A stretch of 63,538 nt of DNA, filler included, from Sphacelaria rigidula (lineage: Eukaryota): assembly GCA_964200075.2 (NCBI GenBank). It is 3 parts of 3 records of this genome, joined end to end, with 100 filler letters (N's around TTAATTAATTAA, not from the genome) between each part and the next. Parts side by side here need not be neighbours in the genome. Positions count along the whole stretch, not along the records: positions 1 to 21,116 come from CAXNAA020000463.1; positions 21,217 to 42,327 come from CAXNAA020000464.1; 1 more part is not named here. The stretch is one strand, 5' to 3'. The first letter of the stretch is position 1, and each line of letters begins with the position of its first letter. The position numbers and the translations under genes were made by a program. A model generated the notes under the pieces. That model saw only the letters and a list, made by a program, of their open reading frames with translations, searched no databases and was not told the DNA's origin. Below, in pieces: positions 12,250 through 23,262 of this stretch.

Positions 12250-12731
12250 GGCCGGATGTTATGGCACCTAAATTTTTGGCCCATGGATTGTTCACTTTTG
12301 GGACGTTTGAGCTACTTCTTGACCCCTACAGAGGGAAAACCGCCAACACGCGTCTCGGACACTTTGCATCACCCCACAGAGAGAAGCCTCGCCCACTTTT
12401 CAGATTCGCTTAGCTTCAAGGTTTCGAGCGCGGCCGCTGAACGATAATCCATGTGCAACAAAATCTACGGCGCTCTCCATAGATTATTGGACAAACTGGC
12501 GGGGGTCGGCAAGCACAGATTTTTGCACACGAATTACTGCTCAGCGGTCGATCTCGAAACCTCGGGGCCACGCGAATCTGAAAAGCAGACTAGGCTTCTC
12601 TCTGTGGGGTGATGCAAAGTGTCCGAGACGTGTGTTGGCGGTTTTCTCATTCTAGGGGTCAAAAAGTAGCTCAAACGTCCCAAAAGTGAACACTCCGTGG
12701 GCCAAACATTTGTGTGCCATAACATCCGGCC
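12250..12731. mobile_element. PIF/Harbinger-type MITE with ~200-bp TIRs
   Basis: GGCCGGATGTTATGGCAC ... GTGCCATAACATCCGGCC. Arms are about 12250-12449 and 12532-12731. 3-bp TSD TCA on both sides. Confidence 0.85.
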
Positions 12732-13465
12732 TCAAGTATACCCATCATGCTTTCCGCTATTTGAGTATTATTGTAGCAGGTATTCGCGACCACGTCGAAT
12801 ATTTTGCTGTCTAGGGAACCGCTAGCACAAAATAATGCTGCACAGAAAACTGGAGGGCGTAAGTGGATGCTAGTGTCATCGTTTGTTTCCATCCGTACGA
12901 GTTCCGAGTGGCGTGTGCTGTATGTGACTTCTACCATGCGCGCCCTCGTCTGCCTTGCTTCAGCAGCGGGTCTGAACAGGCAGCCTAATGTAGCCGTACA
13001 AAACGTTACCACGGTTTGTTCAGCAGGAATACGCGGTGCAACTTCACTTCGTTACGCGGGAGGGCGCTTCCTCACACACGACCTCATTTTGATATCGTTG
13101 AGCCTCTTATCGACCGACTCTCCTGCATACAGGGAGGCGCATACTCCACAAGAGCTGCATACAAAGCCTCCCATCAGAGCAGAACTGCGTGCTGTACAGT
13201 GCATACATCGCAGTACTCCCTCTATATACACCGCACACGTACGTGGTGGTGCCACTTGCATACGTTTTCAGTTCTGTACTATTATACCAAGCGAAGCAAA
13301 GCTACATATGTGCAGTTACAGGGCAATACACTACCTTACGAGCAGAACGTATAAGTGAAGCATACATGTTGCGAACGAGGCGGAGACATTGACATAGCCA
13401 GTCGTTTGCTGCGAGAAGAACTTGTGAATTCGAGGGACATATACAGTTTGAAGAACTAATTGGAA

Positions 13466-14293
13466 ATGTCGAGTACGGAAGCCGGTGTTCAGCGGAGCAT
13501 GATGCTGGTGACCAGCGGTGGTGTACGTGCTCCGCGATTCGACGGGGCTTTGAACGCAGACGTCGCTAGACTGTTTCTTCGGCAATATGATGCGTATGTC
13601 GATGCGGCAACCAGGGACAGGCAGAATGGGGAAACGCGGGAGATGGCTGGTCTGATGGATCTCATCCCAGAATCCAGGCAAAACAGTCTGCTGAGGACAA
13701 GATCTACCGGATGCCGTGTTACGGAGGAAGCATGTCGCCAGGTGGTGGGACGCTTAGCAGGCCTTTCATTTGATAACGATGGCGAGCCTAGAGACGTTAA
13801 CTCCATCATCATTACACAGGATGAATTAAACGCTCTAAGAATGAACAATGAAGATCGCGCGTCGGACCGGGTGGAAGGAGTCGCTGAAGCATTGGAGCTG
13901 TTCATCATCGATTATGGGAAAAAGCATCAACTGCTGAACGAGACGCGCCAGTGGAAGCAGGGGGTAGGGCAAACGGTTGTGAAGGCAATGATTGATGGCG
14001 TTTGGCCGGCGTTCTTGCGTGAACGAGTTATGGCCGAGATTGGGTTCAGCAGTGCTGCGAAAGCGAGCCCAGATGCTGTGCTAGATGTGATGCGAAAGCA
14101 CGTCAAGGCATTTCGTGTGGTTGAGGAATACGAAGACTGGAAGTCAAGGAACGAAGTTGTCGGCGAGATGTCCGCGGCGACTCGCGAGCGGTGCGATATC
14201 CCTGAGGACGACTCATGCCGTGGGTCCATCTTGGACGGAGAGCCGGAGCAGGAGCTCGATCTCCCCGATGGCGTTTCTCAGTCAGGCAACGAG
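13466..14293 (+). CDS. Ty3/gypsy Gag (capsid)-like ORF without pol, candidate first exon of the ubiquitin-like gene
   Basis: 276 uninterrupted codons. The motifs APRFDG..ARLFLRQYDAY and LRMNNEDRASDRVE..IIDYG..MIDGVWPAFLRERV..AKASPDAVLDVM resemble stramenopile gypsy Gag as I recall it. It ends in an acidic linker and GAG|GTACAC (phase 0, weak donor). The rest of the listed 369-aa ORF reads through into a SINE. Confidence 0.6.
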
Positions 14294-14430
14294 GTACACA
14301 CATCAGTTATACAACTCTTATCACATGGTTGTGTGATTCGTAGTTTGAGTTACCTGTTATCGAAGTCTCCAAACAGTCGTCTAACGACATGGGGTAGATC
14401 TGATTTGTGGTTGTTCAGGGGACCGCTCAA

Positions 14431-14801
14431 GTGTGTGTGTGTTATGTGTTGTCGTCCCATTTATTCTGGGCGCCAGTTTACCCCTTTCGGGATATGTGGG
14501 TGCATCAGCCGGGGTCACACAGGAGAAAGGTTAACACAGGAGCTTATTATTTTTTTTATTTGTTTTTAGTACCCCACCTTCCTTCTGCGGTGCTTGCATT
14601 TTTATTTTTTATCGCGAGAGGAGATCAGCCGTCCCTTCCCTCGTCGACCGTTAAGTCGAATTTTGTGTACCCAGGACATAGTCAGTCACCACTGCTGGGC
14701 ATGATGTAAGAAAAAATCCCAGATCGCTCCGGGAATCGGATCCCACAACTCCACCGTCAGAAGGTTACGAGGTTACCAACTGAGCCACCGGGGCGACCGG
14801 C
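14431..14801 (-). mobile_element. tRNA-derived SINE, family 1, copy B
   Basis: Reverse complement begins GCCGGTCGCCCCGGTGGCTCAGTTGG (box A) ... GATCCGATTCC (box B-like). (GT)n tail at 14431. Confidence 0.82.
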
Positions 14802-14924
14802 TTTCAGTAGGGATGCTTTTCTTTTGTAGCATTCCCGGTATATAGTGCTTGAACCTTGATCATTTATCACCACGTGGTGCTACATACGGCGCATGTTGTG
14901 GGCCGGTGATCACGATCTTGCCGA

Positions 14925-15300
14925 ATATCACATCCCAGATGGATATCCATCGGAGATATGGACGCCCATCTGGAATGCCCGTCCTAGATATCAGATCCAT
15001 CCGGGATATCTATCCATCTGTGGTGTGGATATCCCTGGGATATCCGGTTGATATATGAATATTAATCTGAAGTTATCCCAGAAGGGTATCCATGTCCTAG
15101 GTGGACATCCCAAATGGCTATCCACATCCCAGGTGGGCGTTCATCTGGGATACGCATACCCCGTATGAATGTCGACGTCCCAGGTGGATATCCGCATCGC
15201 AGATGTATACCCCAGGCGTATGTCCATATCCCAGATGTATGCCCGTCTGGGATATCGCATCCTAGATGGACGTCCGTCGGGGATACCACATCCCAAATGG
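14925..15300. repeat. Degenerate CATCCCAGATGGATAT-type repeat array (intronic)
   Basis: Many interleaved CATCCCAGAT and ATCTGGGATA motifs. Same family as 17450-18020. Confidence 0.7.
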
Positions 15301-15583
15301 AGGTTGTACCATAGTGCAAGGCTCCCGGGGTGATATCGTTCCTGAAGGAGACGGAATTACATTACTTCTTACCCGGGTAGACTGTAAGATCGATAGTTAC
15401 CCTTGCCGCTAGGGTACGGATGGGTCGTGATCATTTCGGTGTCAGCCCAGCACTTGAGGCACTATCATAACTAGTCGCAACCGCATGCTGATGCAGATGT
15501 TCTATTCCACCTATTTCAATCAACGCCATATATGCCCTTCCATGCTATGCTGTGACTATCTCGCCCACCCTTGCATGTTACAG

Positions 15584-18266
15584 GAGGCATCGATTCAGAT
15601 TACTATGGGCTACATGACGGGTCGAAGGTGTCTCATGGAGGTTTTCCCGTCCTACACCGTCGCGAGGGTGAAAAAACAGTTTTATGACCAGGAAGGTGTG
15701 CCACAACGCCAACAACGCTATGTGTACAACGGCAAGACTATGAAAGATGACAAGACACTCAGCGACTACGACGTTCAGGACCGATCGATCGTGTGGATTG
15801 TGCTACGCCTCGTTGGAGGCAAACCAGTGATTCTTCTATACCCGCCGAGTCCGCTTGACGCTTCGGTGCACCTGACCTTGAACTGCGGTTGGAAGTTCTT
15901 GACGCTCTACCCGGTACCCTCGCGCAAAGAAGCAAGCTCATCCGATAACGCGCCCGTAAGCACTAACGCGATAGGCTATTTGGTAATATTCATCGTGTGA
16001 CTGTAATACTACGTCTTAGCTTCCAAATACTCTATTTGATGCTGAATTTGTTGAATGGTTTCCGGTAGCAGACTGGACTGCCCGCCTTGAGGCACTTGCA
16101 CCAACAACTCTTTTCTGCAATTCAGCATCTGCAGTGGCGTATTGTGGACGCAATTGACAGGGACGCCTCCCTTGCGCCGACAGTAAGGAGCGTGGATGGA
16201 AAACTGTTGAACATGCGCCTAAAACATGCGTTGTAGATGTCATGGATCCTATGTAAGATGCAGACGCGGTGCGTTATCCCTATTCTGCCAGGTATTTAGG
16301 TCGCACTACAATAACCCAATTTCGAGCAACCGTCTTGATACGCCCGCTTTGTCTCCGAACATCGCCTGGACGATGCACCGACAGGCTGTACGATACGACG
16401 AGTGCAAGTGGACAGTTCGTGCTAACCCTGACGGTACCCTGACGGACATGGAGACGAGGAAGGAGTATCCCTACCTCTTCTGGGAAGCGGATTCCGAGGA
16501 CGGTCAGGTAGTGCGGAGCTTCGACCTGGATGGGACTCCTTCGTTCTGCGTTCCCGGCAACGAGGCTGGTACGCAGCACTTCATTCAGCGTACGCGTGGA
16601 AGACAGTGATCGGCATAGCACTTTGCACCCGAGGCACTCGGAGGGTTTCCCTCTGACCGAGGTTTAGGTTTGAATGCTGAAAAGTGCGAATCACATGATC
16701 GTAAGCTGTGGGTGATGCTCTTTGTTGGACGGGACGAAATTGCTGGACGGTAGCAACAGAGGACGGTTTGAAACAGATGAAAAGTTCGGGAAACGGCTTC
16801 GACGGCTATCGTTGTTTGTGGAGCCACTCAAGAAAGAGGGGGTGGTTTGCATCCTCGTAGAGCCGCGGGCAGTGCTCCGTTGTCATCATGCATACGATGT
16901 AAAAGAAGTTTGTCAGCAGTCTGCAGGTTGTCGTTGTTCTGCGTTACGACTCACTAACTGCAGGTGCGTTCCTGGACAGCGCCTTGACGCGACTCGGACT
17001 GAACGTGCAGGAGCGGTGCGACATGGTCACGTATTGGCTACTACAGTTGGAGGCCTATCCGTTCAACGCCATCTACTTCGTGGACGTGCAGCGCTACTCG
17101 CAAGCAGCGAAGCTCACCATCGCGCCCGCCCCTGACGTGCTTATCCGAGTCTTCATGGCCTTCAGGCGAGTCCCTTTGCATGGGAGGCTTGCATGAAATA
17201 AAGGAAGGTGTCCACAACAATCACGTTTCGAGTGTACCAGGTCGGTGTTTCGTTGGAAGTAGGTTTTTGGTGGTACGGACCAGTGAATATGTGTTTGGCG
17301 CCACGACTTGAGCATATTCCTCGCCAGCGGCAATAGACACGAGCAAGCGCAGTAGTGCGAAGACTTTGGTACAATTCCCCGCGCGGATGTTAGATCGCTC
17401 GGTCACACAGGCCAGCTTCACGACCTTCCATCATCGCACAAGACTCATTAGGGATACGGGTATCCATCTGGGACATCTATGTGGGATATATCTACCGGAG
17501 ATATGGATTAGGGAGAGGGCTATGCATCTGGGATATCACATCTACGTATGATGCCTGTTCAAGTCAATTACCTGGGATATTGATGTCCGCGTAGGGTTCT
17601 CATCTCTGAAACCTCACATTTATTTGGGGCAGTCGTTTGGGATGTCAGATCCACGTAGGAGACCCGTCTGCGATATTCTGCCGTCCAGTTCGGGGTGGGG
17701 TTAGATGTCCCAGGCGGATATTCATATTTCAGGTGTGCATCCATCTGGGATATTCCAGGTTCAGATGAACATCCCAGACGAACCTGCTATCTCAGGTGGA
17801 CACCTCAGATGGATATCCATATCCCAGATCAATCTCAGATAGATTTGACATCCCAGGTGGGCATCCAAGGTGGATACATATATACTATATGGGCATCAAT
17901 ATTTCACAAGGACCTTCCCAATGGGTATCAGTCTCCCAGATAGATGTGCCAGATGGAAACGACATCTCATATTTACATCTCTCCCGGATGTGAATCCCAG
18001 ATAGACATAATATCTCGGATGGAAGGCCCACGATAACGCAGGGCTCCGAGATTGTTTTTTGAAGTGAATTAGTTGCCTGAGTTGGGCACAGCGTCCACGG
18101 CCGACTGACTCGTACTCGTCGTTATTATCGACGTTTGACCACCAGGGGCTTGGCGACTTACGACGGAGGTTTGAACACGGCGGAGCTAAACGATCTACAA
18201 GCACCGTCCAGGAAGGGCTTTGTCGCGGTGGAATGGGGAGGCATGGACCTCAACGGCATGGCGTAG
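15584..18266 (+). CDS. Ubiquitin-like domain plus KPVIxLYP/YPYLFWE/VEWGG domain protein. Exons 15584-15955, 16385-16568, 16964-17165, 18146-18266.
   Basis: The Ubl reads QITMGYMTGR..TVARVKKQFYDQEGVPQRQQRYVYNGKTMKDDKTLSDYDVQDRSIVWIVLRLVGG. It is followed by KPVILLYP, KWTVRANPDGTL, YPYLFWEA, LGLNVQERCDMVTYWL, PDVLIRVFMAFRGL and GFVAVEWGGM*. Junction phases 0, 1, 2 are all consistent. The last intron uses a GC donor (AG|GCGAGT, 17166). Confidence 0.88.
17450..18020. repeat. Degenerate CATCCCAGATGGATAT-type repeat array (intronic)
   Basis: Same motifs as 14925-15300. Confidence 0.7.
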
Positions 18267-19231
18267 AGGAAAATTGAATGACCGGACCGTTTGTATGAAT
18301 CAACGATCTTTGCGCTGTTTTTCGACCGGGTCAGCTGTCCATGAGTTTGCCGTCCCATACAATGTCATGTAGATGTGCAGTAGGTTTGTCCGTGCAGACC
18401 GTGATTGTTAGTGGTTTCATCAGTAGTAGAGTTGTAGGAAAATGAGTAGCGCTTTCATGTATGTGGGAACGAGTCCTAGCTGTGCCTGAAGGATGCTTTT
18501 ACGAGAACACTGGAGTATACACAACAAGGTATGTAAATGGAATCGTGGTGTGGAGTGTACCGAGGTGATGATTGCAGTGCGCCATACTTGCACAGCAATC
18601 ACGCACAACATCGACCACCCCAACTGACGTGCACCCCGTGGGCATGAGGTATGATGGGTAGGTCCTAGAGTAGGGGTCGGAGAAGGAATGATTGAAAGTA
18701 TCGAAGTTTTTTCTCGTCTCTGTTGTACTAGAGATCCACCCAAGAAAGATCTGCCATCAATTAGAAAACTGTCGACCGGTGTGCTCGGTTTGTTCCATGT
18801 GGTTCCAACACCTCGTCCGTGTTGCCCGGAAGATAGCTAAGTGACAGGACGTATCTACCGTATTATGTGTCCTGATTTGGGCTGGCAATCGTTTCAGCGT
18901 AAGGTGTTTTAATGATGGCTTAGCTAATGAAGTGGTTGAGGTCTTTCAGTACGAGTGTCAGGAAATACCGTTGGTTGCAGCTAAACCAAGCTCTCACGTG
19001 GGCACATAGCAAGACCTATAGCTATTTATCATGGACAATCACACATAGGTCCATCTATATGTAGACTGCTGATTAGGAAGTCACGTGTTTGATAGCATCA
19101 TGTTATATCTACAAGCAGCTCTCTTACTCAGTACAGCCGCGGCGCAGCCATAGGAGCAGAGCGCAGTGATGGCACAGAGTAGCAGAGCTAGATCAGCGAC
19201 CAAGACAAGGCCAGTAACTGAACGAGGTGGG

Positions 19232-19330
19232 TCGGGGGGGGCGTACTCATTTGTTGCTTGCCTTAGTCATTTGACCATTGACCACGCATCCCTTTCGAGA
19301 CGGAGCATGGGTCGGGGCGGTCTCTAACCG
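19232..19330. repeat. Terminal segment of a dispersed repeat (GGGGGGCGTACTCATTTGTTGCTTGCCTTAGTC...)
   Basis: Reverse-complement copies at about 23950-24008 and 39700-39780. Confidence 0.7.
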
Positions 19331-19884
19331 CGCTCGAACAACCCTAACTAATGACAGTAGCAAACGCGGTGACAACGCGTCACGGAACTCAGGGTCTACG
19401 AGTAGACCGGCACAGCGTGATGTTTTGCAACACCTTCGAGCTTCATCACAATGGGATGGTTTGGTGGTGTTTTTATCGCGTCGTGGTGTTTCTGGAGACG
19501 GAGAGACAGAGGTGGAGAGAGAAACAGAGGTGGAGACAGAGCCAGAGGTGGAGAGAGAGAGGGAGAGAGCATTCACGTAAATATATGAGTGCTACTTCTA
19601 CTGAACACGTGAGGGGCCATGTACGCGAGCGCATCCTACTTCGGGTGCATTGTCGGGAAGCGCAGGTAGGTGGCCGTGAGTGGCCAATGCATACCCAAAA
19701 TCATAAATATTGTTATACACATTGAATACTCGACGAGCTCGCAGAAACCGAATGAAGAAGTGCCGAAGAACTAAACACCGGGCGAGGAAACTCACACCAC
19801 GAAAACCCGTGACAATTGTAAGTAACCCCCAATCCCGTGCCTTCCGTGGATCCTCACTGCAATTATGATATCGGGTATGCCTTA

Positions 19885-20000
19885 CCCCTTTTGGAGCCCA
19901 GTGATGATTTTTGTGTTTGATTCGGCCTTATTTTCACTTAATTTCAAGTCAAAATGATGCCGATTCACAAACACAGAATCGTCAATGGGTTCTCAAAGGG
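19885..20000. mobile_element. Short piggyBac-type MITE
   Basis: CCCTTTTGGAGCCCA ... TGGGTTCTCAAAGGG with TTAA-like flanks (CTTA/TTGA). Shares the internal motif TGATGCCGATTC with 63111-63207. Confidence 0.5.
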
Positions 20001-20576
20001 TTGAATCGGATCATGGTAAAATCCCAGAAAAACAAAACACCCCTTTTATCCGTGTTTCCCCGAAACATCTTGGTTCATTCTCGATATCGATTTCCCCTAC
20101 CTTTCATCCTTGAGTGTGAGTATACGCAGTACTCGATTAGTCTCCCTGCTCACCGCTCGTGTCCTGACAGTTTATGCTCAAAAATACAACAACACCGTAT
20201 TCTGAAAACGAGAACATGAACCATGTCGCCAAATAATTTACACCGAACACTATATTACCAGAAACCGAAAACAAACCCGATTCTATCAGGAACAAAACCT
20301 TTTGAGCCACGCACAGACACTACAAGCTCAGGTACTTTGGCAACAGAAGGCTCAATCTTGAATATCTTCCTGACTACTTCGTAACCTGTCAATCCTTCAT
20401 TTCGATAACGTTTTGTTATTCAGTACACTGAGGGAAAGCTTTACCTATGGATGTCAATCTTGGTTCTTCACCATTTGTTCAATCTTTCATATCCAAACAC
20501 CACGAGAGAAATGCACAGTAGAAATTCTTCCAGCCTCTTCAGTACTTATACGGTCTATTAGGGGATACTCTACAAG

Positions 20577-20920
20577 CGACCATTTGGCTATCCCCCCCAA
20601 ATACCTCCAGACGGATTGAAGGCCTTCAAAGGCAAAACAAGCCTCTGGAGGACTTGAATATCTCTGAAGAAAGCACAAAGTACCCCTCGGAAGTCCGCGC
20701 ACCCCTCCGGAGGAATTTAGGGTTAGCAAGATTTCTCCGGAGGGATGCGCGGCCCTCCAGAGGCAAAACATGCCTCCGGAGGCGTTTAATCTCTCTGGCG
20801 GAAACAAACAATATTCCTCTGGAGGACCGCGCACCCCTCCGGAGGCAATTAATTTCCCTGGAGGCTCGGAAAACCGACCGCTCTCGAGGAATATTTGGGG
20901 TAGTCAAATGGCCGTGTGTG
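20577..20920. mobile_element. MITE with CCTC(C/T)GGAGG internal repeats and CAC-type terminus (same family as 40162-40566)
   Basis: CCATTTGGCTATCCCC ... GGGGTAGTCAAATGGCCGTGTG inverted ends. Repeated CCTCCGGAGG and GCGCACCC motifs. Confidence 0.65.
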
Positions 20921-21116
20921 TCTCAAGCCTCCGGCTCTCGAATCATACACAATGTACTGGCAATCAGAGCCCATCGTCTCCACTAAACTCGATCTGACGT
21001 ACCGTCCACACTACGGGTGGCATCGACCGTTGTCTTGTTCGGACACTTTTTACGATAGCCCCCCCCCGAAAAGTGCATGGTTTTGGGAGGCAAAATCTTC
21101 ACGTAAATCGAAATGG

Positions 21117-21216
21117 NNNNNNNNNNNNNNNNNNNNNNNNNNNNNNNNNNNNNNNNNNNNTTAATTAATTAANNNNNNNNNNNNNNNNNNNNNNNNNNNN
21201 NNNNNNNNNNNNNNNN
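21117..21216. other. Artificial contig/scaffold linker
   Basis: N44-TTAATTAATTAA-N44, with stops in all six frames. Confidence 0.97.
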
Positions 21217-21556
21217 GAAGCGAATGATCAAAGCCACTCTCAATCGTATCATCTACTCTCAATCTCACGAAAACACCGTTTACTGTAGTAGCTGGTTTCT
21301 TTTTAGGCCGAAGATAGTAAAGTAGATAGGGCAGCGCGCGCACAGGGTCAATTTAACAGGGGTTTTAGTGGGTTGGACCCCCACACCCGCCTGCAGCAAA
21401 GCTCCCGAACGCTCGATTCTCCTTCCTCATATGCCTTCTGCGAGGTGGTCTAGCAGAGTCCCCGAGTAATCGGCACACGAACCCGCTGGCGGGGTAAGTG
21501 TTGAGATCTCAAATTCGGTAAGCACTTTCAGGAGTACGCGGGCGTGGAGATTCACT

Positions 21557-21743
21557 TGGGTAGAGTATTACCTCAATACTTTACCAAATCTGGTCAAGTT
21601 GGGTACGATCCCTAGTAATACTGCATTACTGTACCCATTTTTGGGGTAGATTGGGTACGATGACCGCTACTATTTTCAAATGTTCAGGTACTAGGAGCAG
21701 AACTTTTGAGACTACCGAGTATACCCCACCCGACCTGCCCTTG
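21557..21743. mobile_element. Truncated hAT-type MITE (right end)
   Basis: GGGTAGAGTAT and TGGGTACGA repeats ending in CCGACCTGCCCTTG. Confidence 0.65.
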
Positions 21744-21942
21744 GAGCTCTCCAACTTTATTTTCGGACGTCTCCAAAAAAACGTTCGATCGATAAAAAAT
21801 AATTGAGGTATAGTATTTCAAACTCGAGGTTCCTGGTACATTCATCTGTAAAATACTGTGAAATATACCGAGAATCTCGAGTCTGACCAGATACCTCTGA
21901 TGATGAGCCGTGGTGCAGGTGCTGTGGTTGTGCTCAGTAAAA

Positions 21943-22347
21943 ACAGCCGATCATCGAAATTGAGGGTGGAGCTTTCTTTGAGGATGAGAATCCGAAGGAT
22001 GAAAATCTTCCTACCCACACCAAATCCTCGAAATATGGTTCCGTTCCTTCACCTACTGGTAACTATCGATCAGCACTACACGTCATACAAAATTGGATTT
22101 CGATAACCGAAATGTTGGGATCTTAGTTAAGAACCAATTTTGGGGAATTTCAGCGATCCGATCGGATGACCGAAATTCCCCAGATTTTTTTACATCTAGG
22201 ACCCCAACATTTCGGTCATCGAGATCCAGATTTGTGGGGGCGTGTAGCAGTTGTTAATAGCTACCAGTAGGTGAAGAAGGAATATAACCATAATATTTCG
22301 AAGATTTGTCGTGGATACGAAGATGTTAATCCTCCGGGCTTTCATCC
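21943..22347. mobile_element. Long-TIR hairpin MITE (family also at 40079-40893 and 41868-42025)
   Basis: Arms about 21983-22126 and 22196-22347 are reverse complements (CACCAAATCCTCGAAATAT..CCTTCACCTACTGGTA / TACCAGTAGGTGAAG..ATATTTCGAAGATTTG). Confidence 0.75.
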
Positions 22348-23262
22348 GTTGTGTTGTTCAGGGAACCCTTAGTCTTCAACTTTTTCGAGGTGTCTTGCTA
22401 TTTATAGTAACTGAAAGTTGACTCCCCAGGGCTGGCGACAGGTGGTCAAACTGACTTGAGCCTTTCTACACTCCCCTCCGTGGGTAATCTTGTGAGGCTG
22501 ATTGAGTCCAAACATCGCCCCCAATTTACCCAAATTTTGGATAGAGTATTGACATCATACCCAAGTTGTAGTCTATACCCAGGTGTTGCGGAGAGTACTT
22601 ACCCACACCTGAGTAGAATACTTGAGGTCGTACCCAATCTACCCCAAAAATGGGTAGATAGTATAAAAATCGTTCCCGAATTACCCATTTTTTCGTTGAG
22701 GTACTTGAGGCCGTACCCAATCTACCCAAACCTTGGGTGAAGTACATCCCCAGGTATTTCACCCGAGTATTCAAGTACATACTCTACCTGACCTGCCCTT
22801 GGAGACCTCCGACGAGACGCTGCACGATACTGCAATAGAAATTGCTTAGCGAAGTGGTCGGCAAGGATCGGTCATTCTTGAATTTATTCTAAACCACTCT
22901 CATTGCAGAGTATGCCAACCCCCTTGATATTATAATAGGAGAAGCAAGACCGTTGCACTGTCCAATGAGCTCGTCCTTGGACTTGTCGACAACTTTCGAA
23001 CGGCACAACGTTAGGTGGCAGATTTTCATCATAGCAGGTGTTTGAGTTTTCCACATGACGAAACCGCACGTTACTTGGTTCTTTCCGTTGTGCTGTTCAG
23101 GGAACCCTTAGTCTTCGACTTTTTCGAGGTGTCTTGCTATTTATAGTAACTGCAACTTAACTCCCCAGAGCTGGCAACAGGTGGACAAACTGACGTAAGC
23201 CTTTCTACACTTCCCTCCGTGGGTACTCTTGTGAGGCTGATTGAGTCCAAACATTGCCCCCA
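22345..23262 (+). repeat. ~180-bp direct duplication (about 22345-22524 and 23085-23261)
   Basis: CCGTTGTG(T/C)TGTTCAGGGAACCCTTAGTCTTC...GAGTCCAAACAT(C/T)GCCCCCA is present twice. Confidence 0.85.
22525..22801. mobile_element. Truncated hAT-type MITE (right end)
   Basis: Subterminal repeats as in 5392-6879, ending GACCTGCCCTTG. Confidence 0.75.

Noticed and set aside
14294-14569. C-terminal extension of the 369-aa ORF
   Set aside because: Read-through into intron-like sequence and SINE copy B.
21117-21216. TTAATTAATTAA palindrome between N runs (also 42328-42427)
   Set aside because: Identical artificial linker at both places, so not biology. Synteny across it cannot be assumed.
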